From contig NZ_OZ017288.1 in assembly GCF_963967315.1 (NCBI RefSeq), forward strand, positions 510,001-542,000: a DNA stretch of 32,000 nucleotides, in the 5' to 3' direction. Each line of letters starts with the position of its first letter. Position 1 is the stretch's first letter. Both the position numbers and the translations under genes were made by a program. Under the pieces are notes generated by a model. It had not been told where the DNA came from. It did not search any database and saw only the letters and a list, made by a program, of their open reading frames with translations. Below are positions 16,237 to 22,082 of this stretch, in pieces. This DNA comes from Candidatus Minimicrobia sp. QA0096. Its GTDB lineage: Bacteria > Patescibacteriota > Saccharimonadia > Saccharimonadales > Saccharimonadaceae.

Positions 16237-16617
16237 ATGAAGATTTTTACAAAAATCCTGACGGCTGGAATACTAATAATTGGGCTCCTTGGCGTGTTTA
16301 CTCCAGCGGTATCCGCGGCTAACGGTATTGATATTTGCTCAAATGGAAATGAAAACTCTGTCTATTGTAAAAATAAGGGCAGTGGCGAAACTCAAGTGAA
16401 CGGTATTATAAAAACTATCGTTGAAGTTTTACTTACGGCCGTTGGTGCTATTTCGATTATTATGATAGTTATTGGCGGTATTATGTTTGCACTTTCCAGC
16501 GGTGATGCTCAGAAAGCTGCAAAAGCCAGGAATACTGTTTTATATGCTGTCGTTGGCTTAATAGTTTCTATATTCGCTTCAGCGATTGTTAATTTTGTAT
16601 TTAATAGGTTTAATTAG
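16237..16617 (+). CDS. VirB2/TrbC-like T4SS pilin paralog D (Cys-pair class)
   Basis: 126 aa. A signal (VSA|AN) precedes ICSNGNENSVYCKNKG and the core GAISIIMIVIGGIMFALSSGDAQKAAKARNTVLYAVVGLIV. Confidence 0.7.
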   Translation: MKIFTKILTAGILIIGLLGVFTPAVSAANGIDICSNGNENSVYCKNKGSGETQVNGIIKTIVEVLLTAVGAISIIMIVIGGIMFALSSGDAQKAAKARNTVLYAVVGLIVSIFASAIVNFVFNRFN

Positions 16618-16625
16618 GAGAAAGT

Positions 16626-17003
16626 ATGAAAAAATCAATAATATCAATAGCAATTATGACCTGTGCGGTATTTGGAACATCAGTTTTATCTACTGCTTCC
16701 CTGCCAGGTAGCGCTTCTGCCCAGGTATCTGATGGTATTAATACCGCTACAACATCGGAAATGAAAGGTAAAAGTATTGACGGTGATAAAGGTCTAATAA
16801 AAACAGTAGTTAATGTTTTGCTTTGGGCTGTAGGTATTCTGTCTGTTATTATGATTATTTTTAGTGGATTTCGCTATATTACTTCGGCTGGCGACGCTTC
16901 AAAGACAAAATCTGCTCAGAGTACGCTCACCTATTCAGTGGTTGGACTAATTGTGGCTATTATGGCATACGCGATCGTCAATATGGTTACAAATCGACTA
17001 TAA
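16626..17003 (+). CDS. VirB2/TrbC-like T4SS pilin paralog E (Cys-free class)
   Basis: 125 aa. AGGAGAAAG RBS, signal (ASA|Q), and core GILSVIMIIFSGFRYITSAGDASKTKSAQSTLTYSVVGLIVAIMAYAIVNMV. Confidence 0.75.
   Translation: MKKSIISIAIMTCAVFGTSVLSTASLPGSASAQVSDGINTATTSEMKGKSIDGDKGLIKTVVNVLLWAVGILSVIMIIFSGFRYITSAGDASKTKSAQSTLTYSVVGLIVAIMAYAIVNMVTNRL
16963..16989 (+). repeat. 27-nt near-identical segment shared by pilin paralogs E and F (second copy at 17411-17437)
   Basis: TGGCATACGCGATCGTCAATATGGTTA versus TGGCATACGCAATCGTCAATATGGTTA, 26/27 identical. Both encode the C-terminal (M/L)AYAIVNMV segment. Confidence 0.8.
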
Positions 17004-17019
17004 TAAATCCATAATTAGT

Positions 17020-17048
17020 TTTACAAATAACAGATAAAAATGTATAAT
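17020..17048 (+). promoter_or_regulatory. Putative internal promoter for pilin paralog F
   Basis: TTTACA, a 17-nt spacer, then TATAAT, within the only sizeable gap (76 nt) in the array. An AAGGAG RBS follows, 9 nt before the ATG at 17080. Confidence 0.4.
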
Positions 17049-17079
17049 AGTAATATCATTAAACAAGGAGAAAATAACA

Positions 17080-17457
17080 ATGAATAAATTAAAATTAATC
17101 TTGGCGGGACTACTGGTAGTACCAACTGTTGCTTTGGCTGTAGCCCCAGCTGCAAGCGCTGAAGGTGATTTTACCTTAACTAATGGCGTAAATAGTGCAA
17201 GAGGAGAAGGTGTGAGTGACAATACTGCAAGCCCTGAGTCTCTAGTTAAGCAATTTGTAAATATATTCTTGTTTGCCGTCGGTGCATTAAGCGTTATTAT
17301 GCTTATCTGGGGCGGTATCCGATACACTACTTCAGCTGGTGACAGCAATAAGGTTACAGCTGCTAAGAATACAGTTTTGTATGCAATTGTCGGTTTGGTG
17401 GTTGCAATTTTGGCATACGCAATCGTCAATATGGTTATTGATAAGTTTAAGGGTTAA
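17080..17457 (+). CDS. VirB2/TrbC-like T4SS pilin paralog F (Cys-free class)
   Basis: 125 aa. Signal (ASA|E), then core GALSVIMLIWGGIRYTTSAGDSNKVTAAKNTVLYAIVGLVVAILAYAIVNMV. Confidence 0.75.
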   Translation: MNKLKLILAGLLVVPTVALAVAPAASAEGDFTLTNGVNSARGEGVSDNTASPESLVKQFVNIFLFAVGALSVIMLIWGGIRYTTSAGDSNKVTAAKNTVLYAIVGLVVAILAYAIVNMVIDKFKG

Positions 17458-17471
17458 TCTACCCTACCGTT

Positions 17472-17504
17472 AAAAAAGAGCCTCGCTGATGAGGTTCTTT
17501 TTTT
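17472..17504 (+). terminator. Rho-independent terminator ending the pilin array
   Basis: The stem is GAGCCTC, loop GCTGAT, then GAGGTTC (one G-U pair), followed by TTTTTTT. An A-tract precedes the stem, so it could act in both directions. Confidence 0.65.
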
Positions 17505-17509
17505 GTGGC

Positions 17510-17540
17510 TAAAAAAATACCGCCAACTTGTGACGGTATT
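17510..17540 (-). terminator. Rho-independent terminator of hsp20
   Basis: The minus strand reads ATACCG, an 11-nt loop, then CGGTAT, followed by TTTTTTT. Confidence 0.55.
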
Positions 17541-17556
17541 TTCTGTGAAATGATTT

Positions 17557-18051
17557 TTACAGAACTTGAATCTTCTTTGCTTTTTCTTGCTTTATCTTTT
17601 CAAAAGTAATTGTCAAAACGCCATCTTTTAATTCTGCCTTAACACCTTCTTCATTTACAGCGGTTGGCAATGCTAATGTACGACTGAATTCGCCCCAGTA
17701 GCATTCTTGGATGTGCCATTGGCGAACATCTGCTTCGTCACCGCTAGACAGTGTGCCGCTAATTGTTAAAATACCGTCAGAAATGCTTACGTCTAGGTCG
17801 TTTCGATCTACGCCAGCGGTACGAGCTTTGATAACTAGGTTGTTTTCTGTCTCGAAAACGTCAACAGCCAATTGTCCCATTGCGTCATCAGCTTCATCTT
17901 CCCAATTATCGTCGGATCGCGTTGTTGGTGTGCTATTGCTTCTACTATTGTCGTCGTTAAAACCAGGTAGCAGATCGTCGTTATCATCGTCAATAAACGC
18001 CGCAGCCAATTCCTGTTCTGTTAGTAATGTATCATCTTGCTTTCGGGCCAT
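17557..18051 (-). CDS. Small heat-shock protein, Hsp20/alpha-crystallin family
   Basis: The alpha-crystallin domain reads LAVDVFETENNLVIKARTAGVDRNDLDVSISDGILTISG...WGEFSRTLALP...VKAELKDGVLTITFEK. The track start at 18063 is GTG. The ATG at 18051 (MARKQDD) sits 4 nt after GGAGGA and is preferred. The N-terminus has an acidic extension. Confidence 0.9.
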   Translation of the reverse strand: MARKQDDTLLTEQELAAAFIDDDNDDLLPGFNDDNSRSNSTPTTRSDDNWEDEADDAMGQLAVDVFETENNLVIKARTAGVDRNDLDVSISDGILTISGTLSSGDEADVRQWHIQECYWGEFSRTLALPTAVNEEGVKAELKDGVLTITFEKIKQEKAKKIQVL

Positions 18052-18096
18052 AATTTCCTCCACTTTTATAATAGGCTCATTGACAAAGTCTTTATT

Positions 18097-18125
18097 AGTA
18101 TAACTGTAATGTGCGTTATAATCAA
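18097..18125 (-). promoter_or_regulatory. Putative hsp20 promoter
   Basis: The minus strand reads TTGATT, a 17-nt spacer, then TATACT. No CIRCE element is present here. Confidence 0.35.
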
Positions 18126-18155
18126 CAGAGAAAGGCTTAAAACGTAAAAATTACA

Positions 18156-18830
18156 ATGTTTGACACGCTATTATCAATCATCGCTCCTCACCACTGTTAT
18201 AAGTGCGGTGAAACGGGTGGTATTTTATGCTTAGATTGTAAAAAATACATCACGAGTCGGAAGTATGATATGTGCGTATTGTGTGGCGATTTATTGGAGA
18301 ATGGCAATTTATGTAAAAAGCATAATCTTCCCTGTGATATGATCTGGTGTTTTTCACGGCGTACAGGTGTTGTTGCAAAGATCATTGATGATTATAAGTT
18401 TAACCGCGTTCAGGCAGCGGCTGGATTGCTAAGTGAGTTCTTAGACGAAGCTCTGCCTGAATTGCCGTCAGATGCGGCAATTGTACCAATCCCTACAATT
18501 TCTAAGAATATTCGACGCCGTGGATTTGATCATATCCGAAAAATTGCCGTTAAACTATCTCGACGTAGAAAAATAGAATATTGTTCCCTGCTTCGGCGTA
18601 GAAACAATGTCACTCAGCATTTCACAAAATCTTCCGCCCAGAGAAAACGCCAAGCAAAGGAGTTTTTTGAAATTGCGGGTAAAGTTGATAAAAATAAGAG
18701 GTATATCATTATTGATGATATATTTACGACTGGCTCAACTGTGTTGGCGGCGGCGGAATGTTTGAAGAAAAATGGTGCTAAACACGTGGAAATTGCGGTT
18801 ATTGCCAGGCACGGGCGCCCGAAGCTATGA
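18156..18830 (+). CDS. comFC: ComF family protein (ComFC-like phosphoribosyltransferase-fold competence protein)
   Basis: The N-terminus carries a 4-Cys zinc-finger pattern (CYKCG...CLDC...CVLCG). The C-terminus carries the PRTase motif YIIIDDIFTTGSTVLAAAECLKKNGA. Confidence 0.8.
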   Translation: MFDTLLSIIAPHHCYKCGETGGILCLDCKKYITSRKYDMCVLCGDLLENGNLCKKHNLPCDMIWCFSRRTGVVAKIIDDYKFNRVQAAAGLLSEFLDEALPELPSDAAIVPIPTISKNIRRRGFDHIRKIAVKLSRRRKIEYCSLLRRRNNVTQHFTKSSAQRKRQAKEFFEIAGKVDKNKRYIIIDDIFTTGSTVLAAAECLKKNGAKHVEIAVIARHGRPKL

Positions 18831-19277
18831 GTGATGATAATGACTGCCGCGATGGATTTCTTGGGCGCGGTACAATTGTTCAGCTAAAATAAGACGAACT
18901 AATTGGTGCGGAAACACTAAGTTTGATAATGACCAGACGATGTTGGATTTTTGGCGCAAGTCGCTGGTAACTCCGTAAGCGCCACCGATGATAAAAATAA
19001 TATGCTTATTGATGTTGCCTGTAATTAAATTAGATAATTCTGGCGATGATAAGTTTTTTCCGCGCTCATCGAGCAAAATAACGAAGTCGTCTGAATTAAG
19101 GCGTGAAAAAATACGCTCAGACTCTTCCTGGCGCGCTCTGTCGCCTTCAAAGCTTGAATGCGGTAGAATAATCATTTCCGCAGCAAAAGGTGCTCGTAGA
19201 CGCTCTAAAAAACGAAAAATGCCTGGCTGAACCCAGGCTTCGTGCTTTTTTCCGATTGTTATAATGGTGATTTTCAT
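18825..19277 (-). CDS. rlmH: 23S rRNA (pseudouridine1915-N3)-methyltransferase RlmH
   Basis: SPOUT-family pattern: MKITIITIGKK...IIFIIGGAYGV...WSLSNLVFPHQLVRLILAEQLYRAQEIHRGSHYH. The track ORF extends to 19367 but that extension overlaps tRNA-Ser, so the start was set at Met31 (19277). Confidence 0.85.
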   Translation of the reverse strand: MKITIITIGKKHEAWVQPGIFRFLERLRAPFAAEMIILPHSSFEGDRARQEESERIFSRLNSDDFVILLDERGKNLSSPELSNLITGNINKHIIFIIGGAYGVTSDLRQKSNIVWSLSNLVFPHQLVRLILAEQLYRAQEIHRGSHYHHS

Positions 19278-19285
19278 AATATCTA

Positions 19286-19373
19286 TGGCGGAGAGAGAGG
19301 GATTCGAACCCTCGATGAGTTGCCCCATACCGCTTTTCGAGAGCGGCCAGTTCAACCACTCCTGCACCTCTCC
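19286..19373 (-). tRNA. tRNA-Ser (anticodon CGA), long variable arm, CCA encoded
   Basis: Minus strand: GGAGAGGTGCAGGAGTGGTTGAACTGGCCGCTCTCGAAAAGCGGTATGGGGCAACTCATCGAGGGTTCGAATCCCTCTCTCTCCGCCA. The anticodon loop is CT-CGA-AA. Coordinates were cross-checked against the frame of the overlapping track ORF. Confidence 0.9.
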
Positions 19374-19385
19374 ATAAAGCTAATG

Positions 19386-19462
19386 TGGTACACCCGGCAA
19401 GATTCGAACTTACGACCTCTGGCTCCGCAAGCCAGCGCTCTATCCAGCTGAGCTACGGGTGC
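19386..19462 (-). tRNA. tRNA-Arg (anticodon GCG), CCA encoded
   Basis: Minus strand: GCACCCG TA GCTC AGCTGGATA GAGC G CTGGC TTGCGGA GCCAG AGGTC GTAAG TTCGAAT CTTGC CGGGTGT A CCA. Confidence 0.85.
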
Positions 19463-19539
19463 ATACAGCCTTTCGAAAATCGATTGGCTATAATAAAAAT
19501 ATAAGGTACCTTCATTGCTATAAAGCACTGAACTTTTGT

Positions 19540-19568
19540 ATTCTACCACATAAAATATAGCCAATCAA
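19540..19568 (-). promoter_or_regulatory. Putative promoter upstream of tRNA-Arg/tRNA-Ser/rlmH
   Basis: The minus strand reads TTGATT, a 17-nt spacer, then TAGAAT. The -10 hexamer is preceded by TGG, giving an extended -10 (TGnTAGAAT). Confidence 0.4.
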
Positions 19569-19569
19569 G

Positions 19570-20088
19570 CTATAGCTTTATCAGTCGAATAAACTTCTCT
19601 AAGGCGTCCGGCTTAATTTCTTGCATTGGTAGGCGTGCTCCGAGCATATCGACAATTCTCTCGCCCTCTGCTTCGGAAAAGTAAATAGTTAAACCTGGCG
19701 AAAATCGTTTTACTGGCAATAATAGAATCGAATGTTGGTTGTTTTCGTGAATTAATCCAAATGCGCGAAATTCGCTAAAATCGTGTAAAACATCGGCGAT
19801 GTAAATACCTTTGGGGCTAATCGCGTAGTTTATTACTTGTGGGGTTTTGTTTGATAATACAAACAAGGCTACAGCCATAATTGGCAACAAAACAGCGAAA
19901 GTCCAGTTCTTAAACACCAAAATTGCCAAAGCCATTAATCCTATCAACACAATTACAAAAAACACGTACCACAATTTACCGCGCTGAACCTGCACGCCTT
20001 CTGGCGCGTTCCAAGCTATTGGCTCGGTTAAATCAATCCTGTCAGATGCTGGCGCTTCAAAGTCTTGGTTTTCTGGACTATCGTTCAT
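19570..20088 (-). CDS. Hypothetical membrane protein (two TM helices plus a small C-terminal domain)
   Basis: 172 aa with an acidic N-terminus and two adjacent TM helices (WYVFFVIVLIGLMALAILVF, FAVLLPIMAVALFVL). A soluble domain of about 90 aa follows. The gene lies 35 nt downstream of orphan pilin G on the same strand. No motif recognised. Confidence 0.6.
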   Translation of the reverse strand: MNDSPENQDFEAPASDRIDLTEPIAWNAPEGVQVQRGKLWYVFFVIVLIGLMALAILVFKNWTFAVLLPIMAVALFVLSNKTPQVINYAISPKGIYIADVLHDFSEFRAFGLIHENNQHSILLLPVKRFSPGLTIYFSEAEGERIVDMLGARLPMQEIKPDALEKFIRLIKL

Positions 20089-20123
20089 GACGTTAGTATA
20101 TCACGATGAGAATTAGTGAACAA

Positions 20124-20531
20124 TTAAACGTTAGTGGTTGATCCGCCGCTTAAAGCTGCGCCAAGGATGAAGTTAATGATGGCGTAAGCGAAGACTGCGA
20201 TTAATAGACCAATGATTGCGTATAGAATTGTGTTTTTGGCGTTTGTGACGGATTCTTTTTTACCGCCAGATATTACGTAGCGGAAACCGCCGAAGATTAG
20301 CATAACGACACTTAAGACGCCGACGCCGAACAGCATAATGTTGATGGCTCGCCTTACGATTGATGAATCACCATTAGCCAAGTTGGATGGCGTATTGTCG
20401 CCGCGTGCCGCGTTAATTCCAGCTGGAGCGCCACCTTCGCCTAATGCAGAAACTGGAGCGGTTGCCAAAACTATACCGAACCCAATTGTAAGTAATCCTA
20501 TTGTAATTTTAGAAATATATCCTTTTACCAT
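20124..20531 (-). CDS. VirB2/TrbC-like T4SS pilin paralog G (orphan copy, Cys-free class)
   Basis: 135 aa. Signal (VSA|L), then GINAARGDNTPS and the core GVLSVVMLIFGGFRYVISGGKKESVTNAKNTILYAIIGLLIAVFAYAIINFI. It is closest by eye to paralogs E and F. Confidence 0.75.
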   Translation of the reverse strand: MVKGYISKITIGLLTIGFGIVLATAPVSALGEGGAPAGINAARGDNTPSNLANGDSSIVRRAINIMLFGVGVLSVVMLIFGGFRYVISGGKKESVTNAKNTILYAIIGLLIAVFAYAIINFILGAALSGGSTTNV

Positions 20532-20537
20532 AATTCT

Positions 20538-20567
20538 ATTATACTCTATTTACGATAAAGCTATCAA
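20538..20567 (-). promoter_or_regulatory. Putative promoter of pilin G, predicting a leaderless mRNA
   Basis: The minus strand reads TTGATA, an 18-nt spacer, then TATAAT. Only 6 nt (AGAATT) separate the -10 hexamer from the ATG, and there is no Shine-Dalgarno. Confidence 0.4.
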
Positions 20568-20603
20568 TAATTGCACTTCTATGGTACACTAAATAGTGAA
20601 TTT

Positions 20604-20696
20604 GGAGGAGTACCCAAGTGGCTGAAGGGGACGGTTTGCTAAATCGTTAGTATGGAGAGATCTGTAGCGGGGGTTCGAATCCCCCCTCCTCCGCCA
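20604..20696 (+). tRNA. tRNA-Ser (anticodon GCU), CCA encoded
   Basis: GGAGGAGTACCCAAGTGGCTGAAGGGGACGGTTTGCTAAATCGTTAGTATGGAGAGATCTGTAGCGGGGGTTCGAATCCCCCCTCCTCCGCCA. The anticodon loop is TT-GCT-AA and the variable arm is long. Confidence 0.9.
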
Positions 20697-20713
20697 AAAT
20701 TCAGAGATAGTAC

Positions 20714-20803
20714 GGAAGGGTGACCGAGTGGTTGAAGGTACCGGTCTTGAAAACCGGCGTGCGGTAAAACGTACCGAGGGTTCGAATCCCTCCCCTTCCG
20801 CCA
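20714..20803 (+). tRNA. tRNA-Ser (anticodon UGA), CCA encoded
   Basis: GGAAGGGTGACCGAGTGGTTGAAGGTACCGGTCTTGAAAACCGGCGTGCGGTAAAACGTACCGAGGGTTCGAATCCCTCCCCTTCCGCCA. The anticodon loop is CT-TGA-AA. Confidence 0.9.
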
Positions 20804-20823
20804 AAACAGTACTATTGAAGTCG

Positions 20824-20859
20824 AAAAATAGGAGATTCGTGCGAGTTTCCTATTTTTTT
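20824..20859. terminator. Bidirectional rho-independent terminator (tRNA-Ser pair / VanZ-like gene)
   Basis: AAAAATAGGA, a 14-nt loop, then TCCTATTTTTTT. The stem is AATAGGA/TCCTATT with A- and T-tracts on either side. Confidence 0.6.
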
Positions 20860-22015
20860 ATTTCTCTTGTTTGACTTGAATCGTACTTTTGTAACTTGCG
20901 CCAGATAGACGATCAAACATAAAACGTCGATTAAATAACGCTACGACAATTGTAACTAATACGAATAATATGAATGCTAAGAATGTAATTGCGAATAGAC
21001 AGAGAAACAATAGCGAATTCGCTTCCTTATTAAATTCATCCGCGAGGTAAAACAAGCCTGCGGGAATGATGCGAAAATATATCGTGAGTAAGATTCCTCT
21101 GAAAATTGTGCGAATCCGTTTTTTATTTTCAAATTTGAGTCCAAACTTTAATAATGCACTACCAAAAGTTTTACCATTCAGTAGAGGAATTAGGCTAAAA
21201 TAGAGGGCTAAAAATAGCGAAAACGGAAGTTGGGTTTTTGATAAGGTGTAAGGAATACGGATGATAACAGCGTCGATTATTAGAGATAAACTAACACGAA
21301 TTCCAGAAACTCGTGAGCCAGCCTCAAAGGATTTTTCATCTATTTCTTCCCTGGACGGAAGTAGCCACGTCGCAAACCAGCCCAGAAAGTAACCGACGCA
21401 TCCGCCTATCGTGTTCTGGATGATATCATCGACGTCGGCTAATCGGTAAGGTCCTGAATAGATGAAATAAAGTCCAGACAATTGAGTTATCTCAAAGAAT
21501 AAACTTAAAATAGCCGTCAATAATAACGTCTTTTTAAGGCTACATTTGAAATAGTAGCGCAGGTAAATTCCGAACGGAATGAGCATTAAAATGTTGAAAG
21601 CAGGAACGTAAAAAGTGGGATGTTTTATCGCCGTAATCCAAGTCGAGCTATCTGTTAATACAAGTGGACTATCCTTTATAAAATCTGCGACGAATGAAAA
21701 CGGAATTAAATTCAGATTTTCTGCGTAAGTTGTGTGAACAGATTCTGGATTTGGTAACGGTAAAATAACTAAGAAATATACAGTTAATAAATACAGAATA
21801 AAGGAATAGAAAATCAAAGTCCTAAGCTTATTGACGGAGCCGTATTTTCGATAGTTCGCAATCATATACGGCAACGTGATAAGAAAAGCTAAAATTGGAA
21901 AAAGGATTAGTGCAACCTTAATAGAAATTAGGTATCCCATAGACTCCATTATACTAAACATTTTCTCTATAAAGTTCAGGATGACTATTTCTATGCTGGG
22001 AAATATACTTGACAA
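20858..22015 (-). CDS. VanZ-like / RDD-domain fusion membrane protein
   Basis: The N-terminal half has VanZ-like motifs (NLIPFSF...ADVDDIIQNTIGGCVGYFLG). The C-terminal half has an RDD-like pattern (RVSLSLIIDAVII...LNGKTFGSALLKFGL...MFDRLSGASY). The track start at 22015 is TTG. Internal ATGs at 21961, 21949 and 21940 are alternatives. Confidence 0.65.
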   Translation of the reverse strand: MSSIFPSIEIVILNFIEKMFSIMESMGYLISIKVALILFPILAFLITLPYMIANYRKYGSVNKLRTLIFYSFILYLLTVYFLVILPLPNPESVHTTYAENLNLIPFSFVADFIKDSPLVLTDSSTWITAIKHPTFYVPAFNILMLIPFGIYLRYYFKCSLKKTLLLTAILSLFFEITQLSGLYFIYSGPYRLADVDDIIQNTIGGCVGYFLGWFATWLLPSREEIDEKSFEAGSRVSGIRVSLSLIIDAVIIRIPYTLSKTQLPFSLFLALYFSLIPLLNGKTFGSALLKFGLKFENKKRIRTIFRGILLTIYFRIIPAGLFYLADEFNKEANSLLFLCLFAITFLAFILFVLVTIVVALFNRRFMFDRLSGASYKSTIQVKQEK

Positions 22016-22082
22016 AAAACAAAGCTTATGCTAACATTGTAATCAGTATTCTAAAAATAGATACAAAAAAGAAAGAATAAAA

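Noticed and set aside
15150-17457. Could the small pilin-like genes be type IV pilus (T4P) or competence pseudopilins?
   Set aside because: The N-termini are ordinary Sec signals with AxA cleavage sites. None has the class III prepilin motif (G|F/M-T-L-x-E). The two-helix hairpin with a short polar loop matches VirB2/TrbC-type topology instead.
19242-19564. ORFs 19242..19451 (+), 19352..19564 (-), 19147..19359 (-) and 20589..20804 (-). Also the N-terminal extensions of 13692..15053 and 18825..19367.
   Set aside because: They are translations across tRNA genes (the GSNP/FESC/GFEP-type peptides come from T-arm sequence). The CDS starts were trimmed to the first Met downstream of the tRNA or terminator.
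1-20803. Is the T4SS region an integrative conjugative element or prophage, given the neighbouring tRNA genes?
   Set aside because: I could find no integrase, relaxase, coupling protein, replication module, or direct repeat of a tRNA 3' end. Base composition looks uniform by eye, and housekeeping genes are interleaved. This cannot be fully excluded because the left boundary lies outside the window.
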